From Ginglymostoma cirratum (lineage: Eukaryota): DNA of 64,000 bases. Shown here one piece after another: positions 12,376-23,760 of the stretch. The DNA is taken from NCBI GenBank assembly GCA_024137785.1, contig JAHRHZ010000054.1:20082846-20146845 (forward strand), read 5' to 3'. Under the pieces are notes generated by a model. That model searched no databases and was not told where the DNA came from. It saw only the letters and a list, made by a program, of their open reading frames with translations. The first letter of the stretch is position 1. Every line of letters begins with the position of its first letter. A program made the translations under genes and the position numbers.

Positions 12376-12445
12376 CTGTGATGATGAATGTCAGTAGTAG
12401 TGACCGGGACACCGTTCCCAGCCACTGTTTCCACATCCCGTTCAT
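12376..12445 (-). CDS. APCDD1: APCDD1 coding exon 1 (signal peptide MNGMWKQWLGTVSRSLLLTFIIT-G)
   Basis: ATG in acaacATGa context, hydrophobic segment and phase-1 donor CAG|gtaaat that joins exon 2 in frame. CpG-enriched surroundings. Alternative start at Met4 (12436). Confidence 0.85.
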
Positions 12446-12539
12446 GTTGTCCCGGAGCTCCCCCTCCTCTTGATCCGCCTTCACTGCCGGGATTACTTGC
12501 GAAGCCAAGCGACCACTGCAAGCTGTCCTTCTCCCTGTA

Positions 12540-12543
<4 letters not shown>

Positions 12544-12570
<27 letters not shown>
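12544..12570. repeat. (TG)n microsatellite, about 13 units
   Basis: Direct reading. Confidence 0.95.
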
Positions 12571-12822
12571 ATAAGGGGGGTTAGAGATAGATATCTCTCC
12601 CTTTCTATTTCTCACTCACAGCCCAGGCTCTCTCTCACTGCCGGTAAACCAGCCGCTGAATTCGAGCAGCTAATTTGCGCAGAAGTTTCTCTCTCTCTTT
12701 TAGTTTTTTCCCTTTGGTTTTCCAAGAAAACAAACGGAAGCTGAGGCAGTGTGAAAGTGCCTCAGATTTAGGACAGCGCACCCAAGGAGCGGTGGCTGGA
12801 AGCTTTGAGTGTTCTGCTACAC

Positions 12823-13094
12823 AGTGTGTGAGAGAGAGGGAATCTGCGACTGTGTGTGTGTGTGATAGAGTCTGCGTCTGCCTCTGTCTGTGAGAGAGAG
12901 GCAGTCTGTGTCTGTGTGTGTGAGAGAGAGGCAGTCTGTGTCTGTGTGTGTGTGTGTGAGAGAGAAAGAGTCTGTGTCTGTCTCTGTGTGTGTGCGGGGG
13001 AGAGAGAGAGAGAGTCTGTCTCAGCGTGTGTGTGTGCAGGAGAGAGAGAGTCTGAGTCTGTCTCTGTCTCTATGTGTGTGTGTGTGTGTGGAGA
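12823..13094. repeat. Compound (GT)n/(GA)n microsatellite with a higher-order GAGAGAG-(GC)AGTCTGTGTCTGTGTGT unit
   Basis: Direct reading. Confidence 0.92.
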
Positions 13095-14054
13095 GGCCTC
13101 TCAGTTCCCAAGCACATCAACACTGGCTGTGGGTCAGGAGGTGGAGACTCTGCCTCTGAGGCGCTGTATCAAAGGGATGAGTTTATGACGATCATTCTTG
13201 CGGCGCGCACACACACACACACACACAGAAGGGTTTGTTGTTTTTCCACCAAGACACTTATCCAGGAAACATCCTTTCATTCTTACACAACACTGATTTT
13301 TGACTCGGAAATCAAATCCCACTTCGCCTCTCGAATTCCCCTTTCTAATCTCTGAGCAATCTCAAAACTCTTGCTCCAATATGGTTAGGAGAGGCGCTAG
13401 GTTAGAAGTCACTGCCTCGCTAAATCACAAAATTAGGAGGGTAGTACAGGCTATTCGGCCTGCTGTCCCTGTGTTATCTCTCTCCAGAGAATTCAACTAA
13501 CCTCATTTTCTTCTTTCAGAAATCTTGCTACTTTCCTTTTGATACTTTGCAGCCGATTACCCCTACACATCCCACGTCAGTAAGCTATGTTATATGTCAA
13601 TTATTTAAAAAAGGTTACAGTGTTAATTCAGTTCAATCCATTCTGCAACCTCCAATTACAATCCCTGTCACCGATGTGGATATCAAAGACTAGAGGGCAG
13701 CAGTGAGTTAGGATAAGAGACAAGAGGCCAATTCCAAACTAGATCCAAGGCGCAGTTCCTGCCACTTGCACCTTGGTACACACCCATAACTGTACTCAGT
13801 GTTGTGGAAGTGACAATGCAGTACTGTGTAACATGCCCTCATCTGACTCCATAAAACTGGTAAATGAGATTTCTAGGAAGCAGTCTAACGTTGGTTTCAT
13901 TTAAAATCCACCCAAGTGAACCAAAACTTGAGTTTTAAAATAACATTGAAATGGACCTGATCCATTGTAAAGTTCATTTTCTGGTGCGCGCACACACAAA
14001 TAACCCCACAAGCCCGCTGGATAAAGAACTCAATGTTCAGAATCCTGCAAACAG

Positions 14055-14190
14055 CAGTTTTCCTTTCGTAAATATTTTCCTAGTCTGCATGTTCAGGGAT
14101 ACTACTACAAACCTCTGGAGCAGGTGGGGTTTGAACCCAGGCTTCCTAGCTCAGAGTAGGGAGTCTACCAGTGTGCCATAAGAGTCCTTA
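14055..14190 (-). mobile_element. Short (about 120 bp) tRNA-derived SINE, family 3
   Basis: Reverse strand has A/B-box-like tggcacactggtag...gggttcaaacccc. Relatives at about 15225-15337(-), 31750-31860(+), 51140-51240(+) and 57866-57932(+). Confidence 0.7.
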
Positions 14191-14729
14191 CCTTTTAGAC
14201 ACGTATACTACCCACAGAGGAAGGCTTCACTGCCCTGTATTCGTGCCAGTACGTCACCTCAAACACATTTTTGTTATTGGAGCCAAGGCAACAGGATAAA
14301 CGACAGCAAGATCTCACATTCGTTCACCTCACTGACAACATAAGCTGACACTACTGACTGTGTTTGACTGAGAGTTGTTCTCTCAAATTGTCCTGAGTTC
14401 TATCACAGATGGTTTCTCAAGACCTGCAGTGTTTTTACCTGTCAGCGTAAACTATTGCAGTCAATTTTCATAAAAAAATCCATCTGACAGGACCACTGTT
14501 GGAAACTCAGCTGAATTAGCCTGACCAGTATTGAACGAGCCTGCACATCCATTCACAGTATGACAGCTTCAAAACTGCTCCCTTCCTCTCATAAGTTTAT
14601 TTTTAGGTCATGCTAAAATCATGATAATGCAAGAAGCGGTAACATTTGTGACCATAGAGAAAGCACACAACAATCACATTTTTATGTTATCAGACTATCA
14701 CTCTGAATGAGATGCTTAGAGAAAAAAAA

Positions 14730-15150
14730 TAACAACTTGCATTTATATAGCACTTTGCACAATGATTGGAGGCCTCAGGCAATGAAGAGTTTCTGGGGTG
14801 CAGTCACTGTTGTAACGTAGAAAATATTGGTGGTAGCCAATATGTGCACAGCAACACCCAACAAACAATATTGAGATAACAACTATGTAATTGTTTTTGT
14901 TTTGTGATGTTGACTGAGCAATTACTATTGACCAGGCCATTACAGATAAGTGCCCTCCTATTCTTCGTAACAGTGCCATGAGGTTTTTCACCTCCACCCT
15001 AGAGAGGCCTGGCAGTGTCCTCTCAGTACTGTACTGGAGTGTCAGCCATGATTTCTGTGCTCAACTGGGATTTGGACTCAGAACTTTGTCCTTGAAGGAC
15101 CCAATGGCCTACTTCTGCTCCTAATCAGTATGTACATACCAACTGAGCCA
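14730..15150 (-). mobile_element. Deu-domain SINE (SacSINE1/AmnSINE-like), decayed
   Basis: Reverse strand gctgacactccagtacagtactgagagg...ggtggaggtgaaaaacctcatggcact resembles the Deu core. L2-type tail. Confidence 0.7.
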
Positions 15151-15189
15151 TTGCTGAGTTCAGACTAATGTGAAACATCCCCTAGTACT

Positions 15190-15515
15190 GGCCAAAGAAG
15201 AGCAGAGAAATTGACTCCAGCAGGTATTTCTTCAATCAACCTGTTCAGACACATTGTGACATACCGGGGCAAGTGGGACTTAAACCTGGGCCTCCTGACT
15301 CACAGCAGTCACTACCACTGTGTCACAAGAGGCCCTGTTGTATTCTGGCTGATGTTTATCCCTCAATCAACATCGCTTAAATAGATAAGCTGCTTATTAT
15401 CTCTGCTTTGTGTGCACAAGTTGGTGGCCATGCTTTCCCCATTACAACAAGGACTACACTCCTAAGTCATTTCATTGACTAGAAAGTGCTTTTAAGATAT
15501 TCTGAGGTCACAAAA
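15190..15515 (+). mobile_element. Deu-domain SINE 3' half, interrupted by a short SINE
   Basis: ctggctgatgtttatccctcaatcaacatc...attacaacaaggactacact...aaagtgcttt. Confidence 0.65.
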
Positions 15516-16799
15516 TATCCTAAGCCAATTTTGTTTTGTTTCTTTAACTGATCTATTATTTATAGTCATGGACATGTATTTGCACATATTTTAGTATACC
15601 TCCAAGGTGGGTTTGGTAGAAATCTCAGGGAAGATGGAAACAAAACCAATTCTGTCATATTCACTTCGGCAGTATTAGCTTGACTCAATATTACTCAAAG
15701 ACAATTCTGGGTGTCCCTGATTGTCTCTAGCTAACTAGCTAACTATCTTTTGCTAATTCTTTAATGACCATGGCGATGTATGAAAGCATTTCACATCAGT
15801 TTAATGAATTGACCATTTTACTTCCCTCATTTTCAATTTGCTCAAACTTTAAGTGTTGGGATTGTTTTGTTTCAAATGAAACTCAGTTACAATTGCAAAA
15901 TGAGTTATAGGAGAAAGCAATGCTGCAAAAGCAGAGATAGCCAAGTTATGTTTGAAGGAGAATGATTGATTAATATTTTGTGCATTTTGATTTTATTTCA
16001 AATTTCTGCAACACTGTGTTACTTTTAGCTGAACAATTTGGCCTTTCTAACAGAGCTAAGGCATTCCTGTAGATCATTTTAACTCTCACTTTGTAAAGAA
16101 TGTTTGTTGTGGTATGGAGTATAAAAACAGCACTTATAAAAATATTAATAATGGGTATAACCTTATGTTCCTTGAACGTTCCCACTAAAAATGGTGATTA
16201 GGTGACATTCTAGACCTTTAAATCACCTCCCTACTTTTGAAGATCTTGATAAGATTACTTAACTCAGGTAAAAATAATAGTTCTGGTTACTACATATAAT
16301 TTATACGTGCATTATTTTAATGTGTTTTTGCAATGACGTAAGGAAATGCCACATGGATAAATGACTAAACTCTTCTGTGTTACTTTGGTAGTTACATAGT
16401 TTGGAATTTTGTATTGTGCCTGTTCTGTCACTTGGATGTCTTTGCACCTTTCTCAATATAAATCATTGTGTTGGAAATCCTAGCAACAGATTAAGAAATT
16501 GCCAGCCCAAAATACAGCTAATTCCCAAGATACTTCATCATTAAAATGCCAATAAGCAGGTTTGAATGTTTCATTCCATGATTTAGATAGGAAAACAAAG
16601 TCAGTGCTAGAAGACTCTCTGATAATTATTCTACAAAGATACATTCATACCTCTGTAGTTCCATATCTAGAGTAGTATTGATCGAGAAGACTTGGATATA
16701 TTCGATTTACAACCACTGGGAGATAAAAGTAGTCTGGCCATGTCATTAATCCACCATCTACTAAATGTCATGACAGACTGGAATATTCAACAATTATAG

Positions 16800-17000
16800 T
16801 GATGTGCAGGCTAGATGGATTGGCTATGCTAAATTGCCTATAGTGTTTAGGCATGTGTAGGTTAGGAGGATTAGCCATGGGAATTGCAGGGTTATAGGGT
16901 CGGGGGGATTGTTGGGTGTGGGTGGGATGCTCTTCAGTGGGTCGGTGTGGACTGGATGGGATGAATGGCCTACTTACAAACTGTAGGGATTCCTTGATTC
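16800..17000 (+). mobile_element. HE1/V-SINE 3' half
   Basis: gatgtgcaggctagatggattggctatgctaaattgcc plus CR1-like tail. Confidence 0.85.
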
Positions 17001-17471
17001 CATGGTTTATATTATTTCCAGGGCCTATCAAACTCTGCTCACACAGGTAATGGATACATGGAGCACAGAGGGAAAAACAGGAGCAGGATAGAATCAAGAG
17101 GGTTAGTGTTATAGTTTCCATGGTTGTGTGGCCTGCACACCATGGACTGTATAGAAACGTGCATGGTGTATGAAGCGTAATGTGAATAAATTCAAAGTGG
17201 TGAAAAGCAGTAGTAAATGCATTCAAATTTAACTACTGTTATTTTTAAGAAGGTTGGTATAACCAATGTGGATATTTCCCGGAATATTAAACCTTGCTTA
17301 TGTTTTTTAAAATTAACTTTAATACATGGTTTTGTCAATGGGTAATCTATCAGCATTTCTCAACTATGTGTTGCACAATATAGAATCATAGAATTCCTAT
17401 AGTGTGGAAGCAGGTCATTTGGCCCATTTAGGTTAATATGATTTCATAAATACAACACTTGAGTTTTCTTT

Positions 17472-17601
17472 GGAAGGGTCACCGGACCCGAAACATTGAC
17501 TCTGATTTTTTTCTTCACAGATGCTGTCAGAGCTGCTGAGCTTTTTCAGCAATTTCTGTTTCTCTTCCTGATTTAAAGCATCCGCAGTTCTTTTGGTTTT
17601 T
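17472..17601 (+). mobile_element. Mini-element subfamily A, truncated inside the hammerhead core
   Basis: Perfect 15-bp TSD acttgagttttcttt (17457-17471 and 17602-17616). Begins ggaagggtcaccggacccgaaac. Confidence 0.9.
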
Positions 17602-17877
17602 ACTTGAGTTTTCTTTTCTGTGTAAATAAATAAATTTGGGACACCACAATAAACAAGGGATACAGGAATAGGGGCATAAAATGGTATGGAGGTAAAACAG
17701 CAGCCAGGGTCATAGTGAATGGTGCAGCAGACTGTAGTGATCTTATAGCCTATTCCAGCTCCTCCTGCGCACCTTCTTATAATTCAAAAACACCATGCTA
17801 TAATCCTATAAAGCTAATTAACTATTATTTTTCTCTTTCAGCATTCAGTGTAATACATTATTTCACATCCTTTTTCC

Positions 17878-18497
17878 ATAGCAAGTGGCATGATGGCTCA
17901 ATGGTTATCACTGCTGTCTCACAGTGCCAGGCTTGATCCCAGCCTTGAGTGACTGTCTGTGTGGAGTTTGCATTTTTTTAAATAGAATCCCTACAGTGTG
18001 GAAACAGGCCTTCGGCCCAACAACTCCACACCGACGCACAGAGCATCCCACCCAAACCCATTCCCCTATAAACCCACCTAATCTACACATCCCTGAACAC
18101 TATGGGCAATTTAGCACGGCCAATTCACCTAGCCTACACATCTTTGGACTGTGGGAGGAAACCAGAGGGAACCCACACAGACACAGGGAGAATGTGCAAA
18201 CTCCACACAGACAGTCACCCGAGGGTGGAATTGAACCCAGGTCCCTGGTACTGTGAGGCAGCAGTGCTAACCACTGAGGCACTGTGCTGCCCCTATTCTC
18301 CCTGTATCTTTGTGGGTTTCTGCTGGGTGCAGTGGTTTCCTCGCACAGTCCAAAGATATGCAGATTTAGTTGGATTGGCCATGTTAAGTTGCCCATAGTG
18401 TCAGGGGATGTGCCGGCTGGATGGATTACCAATGGGAAATGCAGGGTTACAGGGATGGACTCAAATGGCTTGCTTCCACACTGTGGGTATTCTATAT
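17878..18497. mobile_element. HE1/V-SINE (+) with a second HE1 (-, about 17982-18292) nested inside
   Basis: Host breaks after gtgtggagtttgcatt and resumes at ttctccctgt...; the insert is a full reverse-complement copy. Confidence 0.9.
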
Positions 18498-18589
18498 TGT
18501 AAATGTTTTAAATAATGTACATTTCCTGAAAAGCAGATTAATCCATATTTTTCTTTCATTTTACTGCTGCCTTTTTCCCTTTCTTGCCT

Positions 18590-20040
18590 TTCTGTGATGA
18601 GAATGTTGTGTTTTTATTTGGCTGGAGGTTCATCATTGCCAGTTCTGCTCACTTGCTGGCTTCGACTTTCTCCCAAAGACATCATTGGCTTTCTTCCACC
18701 TATGAAACATGATGACATGCAGGAAACAAATCATTTCAGATGGCATGTTTTCATCACCTTTGCTGATAACTGAAGATGTCAATCCTTAAGAGAGTATGTG
18801 ACCATCTTCCATCTTGTGGGTATGCCCAAACCAATGATGTCACCCCTGCATGAGTGCTGCTTGTGTGCTTTTGTCCTGCCAGATCATGTCCTGCAGCCAG
18901 AAAAGTTGGAAACTGTTGAGCGTCTTTTCTTGATGGCTGTAAATCATCCAATTTTCACAGCCACACAACAATCTGCCGAGGACGCAGGATTTATATCCCA
19001 TCAGCTTGGCTCGAAAAGTCAACATGATGCTATCCCACTGGTGTTTCATGAGTGGGTCAAAGGCAGTAGCTGTTTTCCCAATGCCTGTGTCAAGTTTTGC
19101 ATCAAGGAATTTATTGTCTGTTGACATGGATTTGCTAATTTGCTAATTAGCTTCTACCACGCTGTTGTTTAGTAGGACTAGGGTCAGGGATACAACAGCC
19201 TCAAATGATCATGATCTCCTTGATGCTTATAGTCAGGGAGAGCAAGTTACAGGCATGGGAGAGATAGCTCATGAGTCTTTATGGCTGAGTTTCCATGTGG
19301 AGAGACTAATGAAGCATCACCAATATGGTGGTGTTCTCGAATCAGGAAATATAATGCTTTACTTTTGGCTTCACTTTCACTTGACATATATTGGACCCTG
19401 TCATGGGAGCAAGCCAACTCCAACCGAATGTGCAGAAAAGGTGAAGAGCGAGAGAGTGGCAGAATGGGATTAGCACACAGCCCAGTTTCACTCTCTTCAT
19501 CATTCTGAAACTCTCAGAAGTAAAGCCATCAAACTGTTCTGTTTTCATGGTGGAAACAGTTGAAATTGAGGAGCTTTGGTGGATGGCTTTGAATTCCTTA
19601 CTGAGATCCACCAAAGGAAGGCAAGGAGGGATGCCACTTTCCTACTTTCCTCTTGTAGTCATCGTATGGAGAAGATCATGTCCACAGTAGATCTGATGGC
19701 ACAGAAACTGTACTGTATTTTTGGCTACACTTGTTCTGCTAGGAGATGGAGTCTTTGAAGTAGGACTGTAGCTAGGGCCTACTCTGTGACGCTAAGGAGT
19801 GAGATGCAGCTGTAGTCATTGCCTTTGTTTGTGTGTCATGTGACAATTTCTGCACTGTCCATTTTCAGTGGAATGGAGCCGACTTTCCATCAGAGGAGAA
19901 GGTCTTAATGGTCTGATAATAAATGCTTGAACTTTTTGGCTGGGATTTCATCTTTGTCAAGCCCCTTTCTGTTTACAAAGCAGCCTATGGCCAAAGCAGC
20001 AAATTGAAATTCACTGCCTTCATTTATAAATCTCTCCGTG
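18590..20040 (-). mobile_element. Decayed RTE-clade LINE (RT and C-terminus)
   Basis: Fragments VDLSKEF..., VKLGCVLIP (cf. GVKQGCVLAP) and IGKTATAF...YKSCVLGRLLCGCENW...EKTLNSF...WQDK. Confidence 0.85.
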
Positions 20041-20150
20041 ATCTCACTCACTTTAGTTTATTTCTGGTTAAACAATGCGGATTGTAAGGCTGTGTGACAG
20101 AAGCCTTTAACAGTATGAAAGGATAGGACAGGACTGGTAAATCAGACTGT

Positions 20151-20798
20151 ATCAGAGATAAAAGGTACTGCAGATGCTGGAGAATCCGAGATAACAAGCA
20201 TGGGGCTGGATGAACACAGCAGGTCAAGCAGCATCATAGGAGCAGGAAAGCTTGANNNNNNNNNNNNNNNNNNNNNNNNNNNNNNNNNNNNNNNNNNNNN
20301 NNNNNNNNNNNNNNNNNNNNNNNNNNNNNNNNNNNNNNNNNNNNNNNNNNNNNNNNNNNNNNNNNNNNNNNNNNNNNNNNNNNNNNNNNNNNNNNNNNNN
20401 NNNNNNNNNNNNNNNNNNNNNNNNNNNNNNNNNNNNNNNNNNNNNNNNNNNNNNNNNNNNNNNNNNNNNNNNNNNNNNNNNNNNNNNNNNNNNNNNNNNN
20501 NNNNNNNNNNNNNNNNNNNNNNNNNNNNNNNNNNNNNNNNNNNNNNNNNNNNNNNNNNNNNNNNNNNNNNNNNNNNNNNNNNNNNNNNNNNNNNNNNNNN
20601 NNNNNNNNNNNNNNNNNNNNNNNNNNNNNNNNNNNNNNNNNNNNNNNNNNNNNNNTCAAGCAGCATCATAGGAGCAGGAAAGCTTGATGTTTCGGGCCTA
20701 AGATTTCTGATGAAGGGTTTAGGCCTGAAACGTCAAGCTTTCCTGCTCCTATGATGCTGCTTGGCCTGCTGTGTTCATCCAGCCCCATGCTTGTTATC
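20151..20798. mobile_element. Hammerhead-bearing mini-element subfamily B with inverted arms, spanning a 400-N gap
   Basis: Perfect 17-bp TSD ctggtaaatcagactgt (20134-20150 and 20799-20815). CTGATGA-A-GGGTTTAGGCCT-GAAAC-GTC at 20707-20734. Confidence 0.9.
20256..20655. other. Assembly gap (400 N)
   Basis: Run of Ns with an identical 32-mer on each side. Confidence 0.99.
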
Positions 20799-21339
20799 CT
20801 GGTAAATCAGACTGTTTACTTGTAGCTGGGTGAGTTGTGAAGGGAGCCCAAGAACGAAGGGCAATTGAAATAAAATTAAATGAAAAAGACTTTGAACTAA
20901 AAAGCTAGAGAACCTCCTTTACACAGAGTAGTGAAGCTTGGTCCTCAATTGCTGAGGTGAATAGAATCAATGTAAACAATCAAGATTAGACTGGATAAAT
21001 GATAGGAGGAGAAGATGATGAAGAGACATGGACAAACGTGATTGTGGCAGACTATTGAATTATCTAGTACCTTCGTGGTGGAAATCAGCTTCTAAACATT
21101 ATCAACCACCAAACATCCTTTCTAACTTTAAAAACCTTCTTACAAACCTTTGATTTGATTTATTATTGTCATGCACTGAGATACAGTGAATAGTATTGTT
21201 TTGCGTGCTGTTTGTTATCATGATTTTTGTTATCCTTGTAGTTCTACCGTGTTTCATCTGTTCATATGAAGTGCTTTGGGATTATTTTTAATTAGGGTGC
21301 TGTAAGAATACAAGTTATTTTTGATGTTTGAATGATAGT

Positions 21340-21560
21340 CCTGGGACTGCCTCCAGCTGCCTAAGTCCTCGGTTCAGAGATCCCTCACTATACATTTTAC
21401 CTTAGTATCTACTCCTTCAAGTTGCTCTTTAAAATCTGCATTTTTTGGAAACCTCTATGTGGCCTGGTGTCACATTTTGTCCAATAATGTTCCTGTAAAA
21501 TGCCTCTGGGTGTTTTTACAACACTGAAAGGTGCTACGTAAAGAGAAACCGATGTTGTTA
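21340..21560 (+). mobile_element. L2-type 3' end fragment
   Basis: cctgtaaaatgcctctgggtgtttttacaacactgaaaggtgctacgtaaa resembles an L2 tail. Confidence 0.55.
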
Positions 21561-21619
21561 GTACAGGCCAGATTCACTAGTGGATTTAGTCCTACAAACA
21601 AATGCTTTCTTAAAAAAGC

Positions 21620-22000
21620 CCATTCACAGGATGTTGATGGCAGGACCAGCAGTTATTGCCTTAAGAAGGTGATGGTGAGCTACTTTAGCAATGGAGAAGA
21701 TTGCTCGGTGTTTTCAGAGAAAATTAGGTGTCTACCAAATTGCTGTGGATCTGGAGCCATGAGTGGGTCAGATTCCCTTTCCTAACGGACATCAGTAAAC
21801 CAAGTAGCTGTTTTTGCAAAAATTACAAACTGGTTGTTTTATTACCATTATCGATACTGGTGCTATTTGTTTTAAATTCCAGATTTATTTAATTTATTGA
21901 AGTTAAATTCTTCTAACTGCCATGTGCAGATTTGAACTCGTGTTGATCCATTAATCCAGTTTCCTGGGTTAGTATTTTAGAAACATAACCTCTCTATTAC
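21620..22000 (-). mobile_element. Decayed tRNA-SINE family 2
   Basis: Reverse similarity to 28107-28460. Confidence 0.6.
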
Positions 22001-23289
22001 TATGCTGCTGCCTCATCTTGTATTGTGCTGATTCAAATCATTCATTGGCCCGTGACCCCAATGTTGGGATCCTGGCTCAAACTCCCAATTCAGGATTCTC
22101 CTGAAATATTATGTGGAAAAAAATAGTATAAAGCACATGATCTGTGAACTTGCAGCACATCCAGTGCAGTTCACATGGGAAACAGTAGGTTAGCTGACAG
22201 ATGCCTGTTGATGGTATCACACTAGGGGGAGCTCTAGACAAAATGTCTTCCCACTACCACACCTCACCAACCCCCCACCGCCCCACCGAACCCCAATATG
22301 CTTCAAACTTACAATTTTACAATGGTCACAAAAGTTCACTGAAAGACAGTAAAAATATGGGGCCAAGGCATATAGAATTATGTGACAATTTACTTTTTAA
22401 AAGACACGTGATTCAGGTTTGGGGACCTTATCAAGCAGCCCTTATTCTGGAGAAATTCAATAAATAGGTTAATTTGGCATAGATTAGTGATATATCCAGA
22501 AATATTTATGCTAAGGCGCATGTGGTGTCTACAATAGCAATTGCTATTAATGTTATATTTTCTGCACCACAAACCATTCCAATACATTTTTCATGGGAAT
22601 GTTAAACTTAAGCAGCGTGTGAGGCAGTATAAGTGATTGATGTCCATCTGTTATTGTTCAACATTCACTTCATTATATATTTTATCTGAAGAAGGCTAGG
22701 GGAAAAAAGCCATACTCAAATTTAAAAAGGTCAGTTCAGGTCACCTTTAAGACACTAAAGTTCTGTGAATAAGCAGATTGGCATTAGTTAAATCAAATGC
22801 TAGAGTGCAATTGGTAAATGTGCGGTAACAATCATTTGTGGAGGATCTGGGAATTGAAAAATGTTCAGAGATTTAATGTGCAAGGAATAGATTTGAGTAT
22901 TGAATCCTTTACCATTCCGATGTGCCGTTTTCCTTTCACCCCAATTATGACTACTCATCACTACCACTGTTGTAAAATATTGAAGAAAAAGAAAGATTTA
23001 CTTTTAGACAAAGTCTTTCATGAACTCAGGATGTCCAAAGCACTTTGTAGTCCATTTATTATTGATTGAGAAGTCAAATGAGAATCCTGCTTCGAGGACC
23101 CTGTCACTGTCGTTTGGAAATATTTCAGAGCAACCTGGTGATGACTTGCCCCTCAAGATTTCTATTTGTCAAACAATAAGGGACACAAGTTTAAAAATGG
23201 GGAAACTGGGAGAATAGAAAGCAGGAATTTATTAAGTGGGACTGAAATAAATGAAGGGAACTGACCTGTTGGAACAAGATCTGCACAAA

Positions 23290-23760
23290 ATCAAAGAACC
23301 ATGCAGCACAGAAGGAGGTCATTTGACTCATTTGACTCTTTGGAAGTATCTTCCAGTTAACCTGACTCCACTGTACCTCCCCAAAGCTGTAATTTTCTTT
23401 AAATATTAATTCAATTCCCTTTCAAAAGTCATTATTGTGTCAGCTTCCACCAGATACTCAAGCAGCATGCTCCAAGTCCTAACAACTTACCACATCAGGA
23501 AAAAAAATTGTCCTCACCTCACCTTTGGCTCTCTTGTGAGTACATTAAACATGTCCTCTGGTTACAAGTTCTTCTGCCAGTTAGAACAGTTCCTTCTTAT
23601 TTACGTCTTGAAATCCCTTCATGATTTTGAAAGGCTCTATTAAATCTCCTCAAAGGACAACAATCCCAGCTTTTTGAGTCTCTGCATTTAACAGATGTCT
23701 CTCACTTCTGCTATCAATCTAGTAAATCTCCTTTGCATCCTACTCAAGCCCTTGTTCTTT
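23290..23760 (-). mobile_element. Old CR1 3' fragment
   Basis: Decayed CR1 tail and ORF2 end. Another fragment lies at about 24070-24370. Confidence 0.65.

Larger units (their letters stand above)
12446..13460 (-). promoter_or_regulatory. APCDD1 5'UTR/promoter region: CpG-enriched, with GT/GA microsatellites and a TCF/LEF consensus
   Basis: Lies directly upstream of the start codon with visibly more CpG than the flanks. ATCAAAG (CTTTGAT) at 13168-13174. The transcription start cannot be determined. Confidence 0.6.

Noticed and set aside
11833-13188. Cys/Val/Tyr-rich ORFs
   Set aside because: Translations of mini- and microsatellites.
20142-20754. Long ORFs of 139-184 aa
   Set aside because: They read through the N gap.
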